A stretch of 63,364 nt of DNA, counting the filler, from Conidiobolus incongruus B7586 (Eukaryota), in assembly GCA_000697335.1 (NCBI GenBank). It is 21 parts of 21 records of this genome, joined end to end, with 100 filler letters (N's around TTAATTAATTAA, not from the genome) between each part and the next. Parts side by side here need not be neighbours in the genome. Positions count along the whole stretch, not along the records: positions 12,623 to 18,178 come from JNEM01003975.1; positions 18,279 to 19,620 come from JNEM01003976.1; positions 19,721 to 25,236 come from JNEM01003982.1; positions 25,337 to 27,640 come from JNEM01003983.1; 17 more parts are not named here. One strand, written 5' to 3'. The position numbers and the translations under genes are program-made. The notes under the pieces are model-generated. The model was not told the origin of the DNA and did not search any database. It worked only from the letters and a program-made list of their open reading frames with translations. Shown one piece after another: positions 13,900 through 26,836 of the stretch; the stretch's first letter is position 1, and each line of letters opens with the position of its first letter.

Positions 13900-15403
13900 A
13901 TGAGTTCTGACTCAGATAGCGGGAAATCGGCAACGATGATTGGTAATGGGAGCTGTTTTTAAACTTATTGAATAATTTCCCACTAATATAATCACTCCTT
14001 AGAAGGAACTCCAAGGAGTCCAACAGAAACAATAAGAGTTTGTAGTGCATCTGGTGCATTCTTTAATATATTGTAAGTTCATCAATCTCCCTATCTGATT
14101 CAAGAATTCATATTTATTATCATAAATTTTAGTTGTGCCATTGCTGGTTCTGGTGTCCTTGGTCTCCCATACTCCCTCAACCAATGTGGCTGGATAGGTG
14201 TAATAATGATCATTGCTGCCGCAGGAATGTCCATTTATACTGGGAAAATGCTTATTGAATGTCTTTATATCGATATCAAAACCGGTGAACCAAATGGCAA
14301 TTTGCACGAAGTAGGTGAAAGGTCTTTTGGCAAAATTGGAAAATGGTTCATTCAAGCTGTTCACTACGCCGTCACCTTGGGATGTACCACTTTATACATC
14401 CTCTTGATGGGTATTAATATTTATTCTATTCTTCACACATATAACATCAATTTCCCTCAAGAATATATGTAATTTATCTTATTTCTCCGAATCATATTCA
14501 TAATACTAATATTGATTGATTAGAATTGCTATTTGTGGTGTTGCTGTCGCTCTTCCATACTGTATTGTGAAAGATATGGGCGAAGTTGCATGGATAAGGT
14601 AATGTTAAATCCCTTGAACGATTGATTGGGAAAAATATTTAACCAAACTTTTTAGTGCTCTTGGTGCTATTACTACTATCATTGTTGTCATTATTATTAC
14701 TGTTCAAGGAATTCTCGATACATCACAACCTATTCCTGCCGCCCACAAGATCATCGATGCTTCCGGTATTCCCATTGCATTAGCTTCTATTTGTTTCTCT
14801 TTTGGTGGAGCTGTTGTTTTCCCTTATGTAGAATGTACTATGAAAGAGCCCAGGAAATTTCCTTTAGTACTTACATTAGCCATGACTTCTATTGGTGCTT
14901 TATATTTAATGATCTCAGTTGTCGGTTATTGGAGATATGGTGAAAACTTGCAATCTCCCATCTTTGAAAATTTAAAACAAGATGCACCTACACTCGCTGC
15001 TAGAATTTTAATTACAGCTCACGTATATTTGGCATGTCCTGTTTATTTGTGTACATTCGGTTCTAATATCGAAAGAAATCTCAAACTTAATCGCGTCTCC
15101 AACACGAAGGTTGCATTTTTATTGAGGGCACTATTTCGCGGTATTACAGTCACTTTACTAACTTTAGTTGCCGTTTTCTTACCTCACTTCAATTCTATTA
15201 TGTCATTGATCGGATCAATCTGTGATTGTTCCTTACTCTTCATCATTCCCATCTTGTGTCACTTGAAGCTCAAAGGCATTAGGGGGCGACCATGGTACGA
15301 CTACATTATTTTAGCCGTAATGAGTGTTGCAGCGGTCGTCTGTTTGATCTGGGGTACGATTGATGCCATTGAAGGTTTGGTCAAAGACTTTAAAGGAAAA
15401 TAA
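13900..15403 (+). CDS. Amino acid/auxin permease (AAAP, Aa_trans) family transporter, Avt1-like; 5 exons
   Basis: Exons 13900-13942, 14003-14072, 14133-14468, 14524-14598 and 14656-15403 are joined in frame by 55-60 nt GT-AG introns. Motifs FNIFCAIAGSGVLGLPYSLNQCGWIG and FSFGGAVVFP...MKEPRKF are present, with multiple TM helices. Confidence 0.92.
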
Positions 15404-16399
15404 TCAATTATTTGTAATAATAAAAATTAAAATCATTTTAATTCAATTAAATTAATTAATAATATGAATTATTTTGTTTATTTTTATAATCCTAAAATTT
15501 TAATTTTGATCTTTTTATAAACTAAAAAATTTAAATATAATTAATGTAATTTTAAAAATCAAAATAATATTGATGACATGAAACCATTTAATATCTGGTG
15601 TTAATATCGTAGTTTGATCACTATAAGAAATCGAGGTTTATTACTTTTTTCACATATCTAATAACTATATTTAGACATCTCCTATTGATATAATATTTCT
15701 TTTCTTCCTTCCAAATATCTGCAGAAGTGGATAATATGAAAGAAGGCTTTATTAAACGGACATTAATATATACAGAAAATAAAGAATATCCTTTGATTTA
15801 TTAATTCAATATCCTTTTTTATCATTTTTATAAAATATATTTTAAAGTATTTAGCATATAATAATCATAATAAATCAATATAAAGATTTGTTAATTATAT
15901 AATAGTAATATTTCGGATATTTTAATTTGTTTGATCCCAAAAATCATATGACTTGATTATTGAGGTTACCAAATTTAATAAAATTGATTAGTAAATTTAT
16001 GATAAGAATTAATCTGAGTAATAGATTAATATAAATCACTAATAAAATCCTTGATCTAATAAATACTAATAAATATTCAATTTTTGATTAATATAAATAG
16101 TGTAAAATTAATACACAAAAGTGTGCTTAAATCACAAATTGTTAATTTATTCGACTATTTTAATGCCAACTATGTAATAAATAAAATAATATAGCTAGTA
16201 TAAAAATAAATAATTAACAATTCGCTTTACTCTTTGCAGAAATATTTTAATGAGTATACATAGCTATTTAAGTTAATAATATATAATTAATTTGATTTGA
16301 TTTATTGATCATTAGACCAATTTGATAATTTTATTTCAACTTGAAGATTATAATCATTAAATGTAACATTTAAAAAATAAAAGGTGAAATACATTAAAA

Positions 16400-17930
16400 T
16401 TATTATTGAATTATTATTAATTTCATATTGGAGAATTATTTTATAAAAATATATATTAATTAAAGAATTCATCTTTAAATGTCTTGATTATTTTTAATTT
16501 TATGGATTTACTTAATATTTAAATACATAGAATAAAAATTTTTATAATACATAATTTTACTTAAATTTTAGTATTTTCAAACCTTTTAAAAATATAATTT
16601 CAATAAATATTAAAATATTTAAATACTGTAAATTTCATATTGAAATAAGGTTTAATAACTATTTCATTAGATATATATTCATATAATAATTTTTTGCATT
16701 TAATTTATAATATAATATTAGGTTTACTAATTACAACTTAATCAAAATGTTTTTGATATGATTATAATAAAAGAAATATTTATTAAAAATTGCTTAGTAA
16801 TATAAATATATATTTATCATATTTATCCATTTACGCAAGTTGAATTGTATTATAATATCTAAAATCGTCCATTGGATATTATTACTTTCATTCCTATATA
16901 ATAATTTCGCTTTTCAACAAAGGGATTAACAATCTTTATATTAATTTTTATGGTGTCAATACTTTTAAAATGGATATTTTCAATTTCCATATATTTCAAC
17001 TAAAATAGAACACATACCGAGATTCAAATCAACTGCCTTAGAATCCATAATCTTATGATTATTGAAATCTACCGAGATCATAAGAATACAAATACTTTTT
17101 GTTAAATTTTATAACATAAGTTATTTAATCTGATGGGTTATATTTAGTATTATATATGATTTATACATATTTAAAATCTTCAAATTAAGTTCTTTTATAA
17201 AAAATATTTGATATTTAATATTTTCAAAATTACAATATATTTCATATAATATAATATAGATATTTTTGGCTATTTTAATTAAATTAATGAATTCTAGACT
17301 AAATTGAATAATGATTTATTAAAAGGGTATAGATTTAACTAATACATCACCTAGTTTAATTATTTTTTCGTATTTTGAAATTTTAAATATAACCATTCAT
17401 TAGGAACTTAAATTCCAATTTTCAAAATATTATTTCGAATGTTAAATTTTTATATTATGATATATATTAATAAATCTATATACTCTGTTTTTTATTATAT
17501 TATTCGAATATATATTAATATATGGTGGTAATAATCTTTTCAACATAATAAGCATACATTATTGGATTTATATTGCAAATTCAATTTGAATCTGTAGCGT
17601 TATTAACATTCAAATAGGTTTTAAAAATATGATATAATCCTGTTTTATTAAGTTATCAAAAAATTTCAAAAATATTTTTAATATGAGTTTAATACAAAAA
17701 AATTAATTGATATCATACTATATCCAATATTAAGATCATTTCGTTTTGAAAACGTTTTAATTCATCTAAATATAAATTATTGAGTGAAATCAACTTAAAT
17801 TTCAGTCAAATGCTTAGTTTATCAATTGGGTATGTATATACATATAAAATATGATAGTTACAAAATACTAAATTGCTAATCAATAGATTTACCAATATAT
17901 ACTCAAATTTATTCAAAAGGTACTAGTATT
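16400..17930 (+). pseudogene. Decayed host gene remnant, possibly F-box/LRR-type
   Basis: A canonical 57-nt intron survives (GTATGT at 17830, GCTAAT branch site, AG at 17886), along with scattered protein-like fragments (e.g. IHLRKLNCIIISKI). No long ORF. Family and boundaries are uncertain. Confidence 0.3.
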
Positions 17931-18299
17931 ATATCTTTTATTTACTATCTTTTAATCTTGAAATTTATATATTAAAATTATCTGTAATTTATTTAATTAG
18001 TTAAATATTATAATTAAAAAATTTAAGTTTAATAATAAAAAATAAATATTAATATATATATAAAATTTAAATATAAATTATAAATATTTTTTAGTTGAAA
18101 ACATTATGATATAAATTTAGAATTATTATTTTGGTAGCAAAAAATAAGATTTTTTTAATAATATATCATAAATTAATANNNNNNNNNNNNNNNNNNNNNN
18201 NNNNNNNNNNNNNNNNNNNNNNTTAATTAATTAANNNNNNNNNNNNNNNNNNNNNNNNNNNNNNNNNNNNNNNNNNNNAAATTAAAAACAAGTTTTATT

Positions 18300-19620
18300 T
18301 ATAATCAAAATGTTAATTTATTAGAAATTTATAATGAGTAATTTTTATTTAAATAGTTTATTTTTTTATTTACAAAAGTTAATTAAATATAAGTTAAAAT
18401 ATTTAAGAATATTATAATAAAGATAATTTACAATAATGAAGATAAATATTATAATCTAATAAATTTCAAGATTTTAAACGATATTAATATAGAAAATAAG
18501 AAATTATAATATTATAAGTTATTATTAAAAAAATTTTATAATAAAATATTCACTAGTCTGAAAATTAAATTTGTATAATAAAAATAAAAAGATATTAAAT
18601 ATTAAGATAAAATATATTAAAGGATCAAAATTAATTAATAAAACCAATAAAAAAACTAGATATCATTTTAACTATAGATTTATAGCAAAAAAGTTAGCAA
18701 ATAAGTAAAGTTAATATGGTTAAGTAAAATCAATAAAGAAAAAGTTAATTTTAACAAATAAAAGATAAAAGTTAAATTAAAAAAAAAGAAAGAAAATGAT
18801 TATTTTGCTTAAAGCTTTATAAGAGACTTACTTATTTTTTAACTATAATATAAGGAAAACTAATATAAAATATAAAATCTTTATAAAAAAAATTAATAAT
18901 ATTATATCTATAGTATAAAAAGTTCTTAATAAAGAAAAAAAACAGAAATTATTAAAATAAATGAATTATTAAAAGGAAATCTAATTAAACCATCGGTTTC
19001 AAGCTATATAACATTAATAATTTTATTGAAAAAAAGATAAATTAATAAAAGTTATAATAAACCATTAAAATATTAATAAAACTATCAAACTTAACAACTA
19101 TTTAATTTTATAAATTAGTAATTATTTGAATAATATAAAAGATTTTAATAATTTATAATTTTAAACATTATAAAAAAATATTATTAATTATCTTTAAAAA
19201 GAATTTAAAGTTAATTATAGCTTTGAATTTAGCTAAAAAAATCATTTTAATAGTGAGTTTTACTTATAAAAATATTTATATTAAGAGTAACTTGTTAAAA
19301 GTTATTAAATCAAACTATTAAGGATTAATAATTAAGGTATTTATAAATATATATTAATTATATCATTATATACTGTTTAACTTTTAAAGATTATATAAAA
19401 GATATAAAATAATTATTAGAAAAGTTAAAATAAAAAAATTAAAACTTAAAACTATTAATTATAAATTTTTTTAATAAAGTTAAAAGATTAAGATATGGTA
19501 TTAATAAAAATAATATAAAAATAAATCTTAATAAAATAAAATTTATCTTAAAATTAATTAAATTTTAGAATATTAAAAAAGTTAGAAATTTAATTAATAT
19601 AATTAGTTTTATATAAAAAT
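18300..19620 (+). mobile_element. Second, heavily decayed Ty3/Gypsy pol (RT) remnant
   Basis: KGNLIKPSVSSYITLIILLKK at ~18972-19035 corresponds to GLIRPSxSPYxxPxxLVKK. It is followed by TIKLNNYLIL*I and NIKKVRNLINIISFYIK (~19570-19620), matching the RT thumb pattern xxKEVRSFLGxxxFYRK after transitions. Confidence 0.65.
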
Positions 19621-20335
19621 NNNNNNNNNNNNNNNNNNNNNNNNNNNNNNNNNNNNNNNNNNNNTTAATTAATTAANNNNNNNNNNNNNNNNNNNNNNNN
19701 NNNNNNNNNNNNNNNNNNNNATAATTTAAAACTCTTTATTTTTTTATTAATTTTATATATACTTTTTTATTTGAAATTAATAATATGTTTAAAAAATTAG
19801 AAATTAAAAAATTTCCAATTTTTTGATTTTATAATAATATCAAAATTATTGTTCATAAAGCTTATATTTTTAAATTAAGTTAAGATAAATTTATTTCACT
19901 TAAGTATATTAAAAGCTTCTACCTAACTTATCATATAGTTTAAATTGTTTGAGTTTATGATAACTTTAATTACAATTGTTTTATTAGTGTTATTATCTTT
20001 AAACCTAATATTTTTATCCTATAGGTGTAATCTATCAGTGGTAATAATAAAGCTACTATTAAAAAATTATATATAGATTTAAAAATCAAAAAAGATTAAT
20101 TTAAGATTTAATCAAAAATGATAATATTTAGCATGAACTTGGTGGATTTGAAAAAATAAAAGGTTTTATTATTGAACTTAAATTTTTCAAGAAAAATAAT
20201 AGATTAGTAACTAATATAGTGAAATTAAAAAGACCTGTTTTTAAAGCTCATTATAAGAATAAATTAGATAAACTTTATGAAAAATTTCTAATAGTTAAAT
20301 AATTGGGATTTTAAAATTATTTAATATTGATTAAA

Positions 20336-20370
20336 TAATATAATATAATATAATATAATATAATATAATA
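20336..20370. repeat. (TAATA)7 microsatellite
   Basis: Seven perfect TAATA units. Confidence 0.85.
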
Positions 20371-22328
20371 TTTAAATTGTTATTTTGTTAATAATTCTAA
20401 ATTGATTAAATTCAATATAAAGGATTTAATGACATTATATTTTTATATTATTTATTATTCAATTAAAATTAATTTATTGAATAATAATATTTATGAATTT
20501 ATTAATAATTTGAATTATTAATTTAATTTTAGTATTGCTTAAAATTTAATTATTCTTAAAATAATTCAGAATTTTTAATTATATAAGCTAAAGAAAATTA
20601 TGAATCAAATCACACCACTTATTTATTATTATTATAAAATTAAACAAATGGGAAATTTGTTAATTTGTGATTTTTTAAACTTATTAAATTTAAATAAAAA
20701 AATATTTATAAAACAAATAAGAAAATATATAGCTTTGAATTATACATATATAAAATAGTTTTTTTAATTAAAAAATAATTTTTTAAAATTGGTTGTTTAA
20801 TTTAATTATATTTAAACTAAATAATAATCATCAAAAGATTTTTATTTTAAAATTATTAAAACTAAACTATAAACCTTTTGAAATTATTCAAAATTTACAA
20901 ATAGCTTTTAATAATATAATATTATCTAAATTAACAATTTATCATTATATAAATTATTAAAAAATTAAGAGAGAAATTATATAGAACCAATTAAATTTTA
21001 AAAAATTAATTTTAACTTTTATTTTTTTAATTGATAATAGAGTAGGAAAATATATTAAAAAATATCTTTTTATTTTAGTTAAAGAATTATCAAGATATTT
21101 TAATATTAGTTATAAAAGTATTTTATATATATTAAAGTTTAAATTAAAATTAATTAATAAAAATATAAAATAAATACTTTATAATTTAATTAAAGCTTAA
21201 AAAAAGTTAAAATAACTATTACTAAATAAAATTTACTAAAGTATAAATAAAAAAAAAGTTTTTATAAAAAATTATTATAACCAATAAATCTTAAATCTTT
21301 ATATAATCTTTTATTAAAATATAAATTTAAGTTAAATTAACCCTTTTAATATATTATTTTAAATAAATACTTTATTAATAAATGAATATTAATTATTATA
21401 ATAAATTATAATAAAATATGTTATTCTTATTTTAATTCTTAAAAGAAAATTAATTAATAGTAAACCTAATAATTTTTTTTAATAAAACTATTTTTAATTA
21501 ATATTCTCAATATAATATAAAAAACCTATTATTTTATATAATAGTAATAAAAATATAAAATTATAGAGAATTTTTTAATTAAAAATAACTAGAAAATACT
21601 ACTATATCTAGTATTTTTTTAAATTATAACTTATGTGATTATAGTTATTTCAAGCAATTAAAAAACTAGCTTATAAAAAAGAAAATTTATATAGATAAAT
21701 TTAATTAGTTTTTAAAATATCAAATTTTAGTCTTTAATAAAAAAAACTATATTTTAAGTATTAGAACTTTATCAAAAGTATAGAAAAATGTTATTAAAAA
21801 TGTTTATTTTTTTTAATTGCAAAAAATTCCCATTATTTAAAATACAATGTAATACTCTAGTATATTCAATCTAAAATCTATCTCCATTAATTTTGAATTA
21901 AGTTTATAGAAATTTAACAGTCATAAATTATTTAATTGTCAATTTGTTTTATTTCAATGAATTAATAACTTAATCAATTTTATTTTCATTCTTTGACTGT
22001 TGATGATGAATTGAGAATTTTTGAATAAAGACTGATTAATGGATTTTTGAATATAGATTTAGTTGAATATAATTAAAACATTATATATAATAAATATAAT
22101 CTGAAATTTTTTATAGTTAACAAAACATAATGTTATTCAAGTAATCATAATTACTAATTATAAAATATGAATAATATATTTATTAAAATATGACTAAGCT
22201 ATACATTGTATTAAACAATCTGCTTAAGGTATGGATAAATATTATCATGTCTTTGACAATTTAGAATGATTTGTTTTATTGGTATAAAATTGATTGGCAA
22301 ATCTTTTTAATAAAATAGAATTTTATAT

Positions 22329-23414
22329 TCAAATTGACTGATTCTCATTATTCTTATTATGATAAATAGGTAAATCCAATAAAATCCAAGTCTTAATAAA
22401 GTTTGGCAATCTCTTATATAATGAATTAGGCAAAGGAATCAATACTGAAGTTGTGTCAGTATATGATTTCCAAATGTTGAATTGATTAGATTCCAAATAT
22501 TGTCGCTCTTTGTCAGGTTCACTGGTGGTGATCCCACTGACGAAAAGTAGTAAAAATGATGTGAACAATGGACTCATTATGCCCAAAATTCCTATCATAT
22601 TGTTTGCTGAAATGATGGAACTTAGAGAGATTAGAAATATTCCCCACCTAATGGTCATTAATACTATTGATGATTAATTTATAGGCTATCACTTACCATA
22701 ATAAAATCTCACCAAAATAATTAGGATGTCTTGAAAACTTCCATAATCCCTTTCTAATAATTTCCAATTTACTGGATCTCTCGAGATTAAACTTAAATTT
22801 TTGTATATCCGACACCGTTTCAAAGCTCAATCCTATCACAAATATTATCAAGCCAACAATATCAGTAACAGTTCCGAATGGGACCAGAGTATCTGTGGAA
22901 TAATTAGGAGAGTTTGAGAATGTGACAGGTAGACAAATTATAAAAATCCATAGCATTTGAAATATCCAAAATCCTAAAAATTTGATGAATTGGTTGCGAA
23001 TTTGGTCAAACCTGTGATCTTCTTGAGTTTTTAAAATACGGTATAATAAAAAGCCTGAATAAAACCAATGATGTATCAATTTTACATTTAATTTTCCGAG
23101 TTTAATGTAGTTGTTACCTGCTAATCGTATGCCCCATACCGATGCACAAATGGTAATTATAATTTGCCTTGGATGATAGGTCTAATTTATAGAATTAGAT
23201 CATAATTATGACTATATTGAATTATATAGATAATACATACCTGACCCAATATCAACGCCAAAATACAAATCACCACAGCATTACTGCCACCTGCAAAATC
23301 TGTCACCTTGTCAAATTGGAAAGTCCAAGCAATTGCAAAGAATAGTAATTGATAAATTATAGTTACAATTAATGTAATTAATAAATAATAATTATCCAAA
23401 ACAACTAATGACAT
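22329..23414 (-). CDS. DUF1295 / steroid 5-alpha-reductase-like membrane protein; 4 exons
   Basis: Exons 23241-23414, 23118-23181, 22697-23054 and 22329-22647 are joined in frame by GT-AG introns. Motifs FDKVTDFAGGSN, WGIRLAGFLLYRI..EDHRFD, DIQKFKF and [20 protein letters not shown] are present. Confidence 0.92.
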
Positions 23415-23758
23415 TGTGCAATTAATTAAATTTGATAATTTGGAATTGGCTGTAGGATGAGAGGTGTATTTATACTGAATTTTGAAAATCTGTTGAATCT
23501 CGATCTATCGAAATTTTGATGGATTTAAATTGATAAAAACAGATTGGATCGATTTGATTGGATAAATTATAAGTTCCGAACCTTGTTAATATAGATTTTA
23601 ATTAATTGTTATAAATATTATACATTTGAGAATGGTTTTTAAATATGTCACTCTTACGATTGATATATAATTTCATATTTTATTTGATTTTTAAGGTGAA
23701 GATTCTGATTTATTAATAAAATTATGGAATTCTGATGATATCATTAGTTCAATTGAAT

Positions 23759-23791
23759 AAGGTTTAAGGTTTAAGGTTCAAGGTTCAAGGT
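23759..23791. repeat. 7-bp tandem repeat (AAGGTTY) x ~4.7
   Basis: aaggttt aaggttt aaggttc aaggttc aaggt, about 350 bp upstream of the DUF1295 start. Confidence 0.7.
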
Positions 23792-24052
23792 ACCTCAAAA
23801 AATTTACAGTTCCCTATTTATCATATAAAATCGAGACAATCATTTGAGTTGTTCAAATTTTCATTGTTATTAACAATTTAAAAATTTTTCAAATTGATTA
23901 CAATTGAAGTATCAATCTCCAAAATTTTGTAATATAATAATTTATTATATTAATTCTAATATTTTTCCATTTTTATTTATTAATCTATTTAACTCTACAA
24001 ACTCTCTCATCCCTTATGTGAAATAGTATCAAAAATAATATGATTTTAATAA

Positions 24053-24310
24053 TTAATAACTTCCTTGTTTTCAAAAAAAGATTTCTAAACTAATGGTAAT
24101 TGCTTAACCCCATTGCATAAGTATTCATAATTTATCTACAAAATTATAGCTTTGATTTTGAAATGTATAATTGAAATATCATCAAATCTCATTCCATAAA
24201 TCAAATTCTTCAATTTCCCAAAACAATCATAATCACAACGATGCATATCTAGTGAATATGATGGACCTAGTAATTAAGACCGGTTCTTTTCAATAAACAG
24301 TCTTTGGCAA
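24053..24310 (-). mobile_element. Mariner (DD34D-type) transposase C-terminal relic
   Basis: Minus strand reads PSYSLDMHRCDYDCFGKLKNLIYGMRFDD...NGVKQLPLV*K..., then GSY* after a frameshift. This corresponds to the mariner PPYSPD-x-x-P-x-DY-x-F and G-x-x-x-LP-x-x-W...G-x-Y motifs. Confidence 0.75.
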
Positions 24311-25337
24311 ATTTTTCTATATGTATATATCCATAAATATAAATAACAAATGGTTTTTTAAATTAAATTTTTCTTTTACTAATTTATATCACTAATTTTT
24401 TGAAATACAAAAAATATTCCATAATAATAATATATTTTTTCTTCTAATAATTAATAGAAATCCATATTATTAATATCAATATTTAATAATACTATTTGAT
24501 TTTTTTTAAATAATTTCTATATTGGAACTTATATTTGTTATCCTGATTTTTTTACCAAATTATTTTTTGATTTATTTGATTACAGATTTTATATTTAAGT
24601 TTATTATTTATTAATTATAATATTTTTTTAATATAACAAAATAGTTTTATTCTAGTTATATTTTTTATTTACTTATTTTTTAGTTAAAATATATAGTCCC
24701 TATATTGTCAATTTTTCAATTAAATTTAAAATATTTTTTAATAGAAAAATATCAAAATTAATAATAAAAAATAAAAATTATATAATTTTTTATTATGGTA
24801 TAAAAATAATATTTAAAATATTTTTTCATTATATTTAATTTTTTTTACTTAATTATATATTTAAGATAGTTTAAACAAGGTAAGTTTTTTATATAAAATT
24901 TTCTATCTTTAAAGTAATTAAGATTTTTAATAATATTATATCAAAATAATTTTTGCCATTAATTATTAATTATCGATTTTTATGAGTAATTAACACAGAA
25001 TATTAAATATAATATGATATTTTAATAAATATTATTTTTTTTAACTTAGATTAAGCTTAAATTAATTTAATTTTGAATGATATTTTATTATATTAAAGGT
25101 ATTTTAGGTAATATTATATATAATTTTAATATTGAATTATTAGATTATTTATGATTATATAAACTATACTAAAATACCAATGAAATATTTATCTTATATA
25201 TAATAACAATTAATTAAAATATAAAAAATTATTTATNNNNNNNNNNNNNNNNNNNNNNNNNNNNNNNNNNNNNNNNNNNNTTAATTAATTAANNNNNNNN
25301 NNNNNNNNNNNNNNNNNNNNNNNNNNNNNNNNNNNNG

Positions 25338-25892
25338 GAAACTATTAACAAAATTTCAGAATTATATGACTCTACTAAGAATGATTGTTGGAGATATAAT
25401 AATTCTACAACTCGTGTTAAAAATGTATATAAAATCAGGCTTGAGTCTCAACAAAAACCATTTGAAGAGAAGTCAAAGAAAATTGGAGGAGTTCAGGAAC
25501 TTTGGCATGGAACTAGAACTCAAAATATGTTATCAATTATGAGTAAGGGCCTTTTACTACCAAAACTTTCCCCTGGCCAAAAGGCAGGTGCCCGATTCGG
25601 TTATGGTATTTATTTTGCAAATGAATCCAGCAAATCTTTGGGTTATTGTGACTATTTACCCTATAATGAAAATAATACTGAAAATGATACCATTTATATG
25701 TTCTTGGCCTCGGTTGCAATGGGCAATTATTATGTACCAAAACGCGATGTTTGTAAAGATCCTCCTCAAGGCTATGATTCTTACTGGGCTAAAAAAGGTG
25801 AAAGTACTGTATGTCAAGATGAGCTAATAGTGTTCTCTGCGGATCAAGTTCGACTAGATTACATTATTGAAATTGAAGCTGTTTCAAAATGA
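25338..25892 (+). CDS. Poly(ADP-ribose) polymerase (PARP/ART) catalytic domain, 5'-truncated by a gap
   Basis: The frame is open from the contig edge: ...ELWHGTRTQNMLSIMSKGL...GARFGYGIYFANESSKSLGYC...MFLASVAMG...GYDSYWAK...QDELIVFSADQVRLDYIIEI. The H-Y-E triad is present. Confidence 0.9.
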   Translation, partial: ETINKISELYDSTKNDCWRYNNSTTRVKNVYKIRLESQQKPFEEKSKKIGGVQELWHGTRTQNMLSIMSKGLLLPKLSPGQKAGARFGYGIYFANESSKSLGYCDYLPYNENNTENDTIYMFLASVAMGNYYVPKRDVCKDPPQGYDSYWAKKGESTVCQDELIVFSADQVRLDYIIEIEAVSK

Positions 25893-26518
25893 TTATTAGT
25901 TTTCAGCGAATATTACCTGATTCAATTATACTGTATTTTGATAATAAATATTTTTTACTATATTATTCAATGTTCTTTAAACAGATTTGTTTTAAATAAT
26001 AAACTAAATATTCCAATTACAATACTTCAGAATTCCAATTAGGAATTTGTCTCTTTCTAAATATTATAGAAGAATCACAATTTCATCTCTATCAAACACT
26101 TTACAAACAGAAAATATAATATATCAAATATTCTGATTCAATCAATTAAAATTGGGAATTTTATTATTTGAAATACTGAATCCCAAAATATTTCAAGTTA
26201 TAATATTACAAATTCCAATATAATTTTATTGAAAAATCTTACTAATTAGGGTCCTTATTAAATAATTGAGAAATAAAAACAAATTTATTTATATAAATTC
26301 GAATAGTTTGAATTATACGAATATAATAATATCTAATATCAATATACTTGTATAATTTTTTATTCAAACTAACAAGGTCTAATGATCAAGCTTTTCCTGT
26401 AATAAATCACTCTTAATATTTGAATATTTGTTATCAAAAATATAGTAATAAATTTTCAAAAATCGATAAAAATCAATTTTACTAATTTGGTTTATATTGT
26501 AATAAATTTAATATATTT

Positions 26519-26836
26519 TGGTTCTACCGATTAGTGGTAGAACGTTAATAATTGATAAGGAAGCGGCTTGTTTATGGCCTGTTTGGCAGTTTAGGTTAGG
26601 CTGTTTTATTTGGATTTGTTAAGGGTTAAATGGGCTTCACAAAAGATCGGAGGCATTGATGTTAATATATCTTTTATAGACCAACCCTCGGCTGTATGTA
26701 GTGTAAAAAAGTGTATTGGGTTGCTAGAAGAATTAGAACTTGAAGTGGTATGATAGGTTTTTTGGGTTAAGACTCTATAAGGTAATAGATCGCGAAATGA
26801 AGTTGGTCGGGTTGGTTATCATTTATGTAACCACCA
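26519..26836 (-). mobile_element. Probable solo LTR (318 bp), unmutated
   Basis: TGGT...ACCA termini and flanks TATTT/TATTA (near-TSD). Minus strand has CTATAAAAG (26671-26679) followed by AATAAA (26605-26610). GC-rich, CpG-containing island. Confidence 0.55.

Noticed and set aside
13999..14364. 121-aa minus-strand ORF
   Set aside because: Antisense shadow of the spliced transporter gene.
19721..21800. Possible RNase H/integrase continuation of the second Gypsy remnant
   Set aside because: Only faint motif echoes (e.g. IIITNKS near 21270); too decayed to call without an alignment.
23759..23791. Telomere-like reading of the AAGGTTY repeat
   Set aside because: Fewer than five units, internal position, and the host telomere motif is unknown. 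Kept only as a tandem repeat.
25537..25827. Two ORFs overlapping the PARP domain
   Set aside because: Alternative-frame and antisense shadows of the PARP coding sequence.
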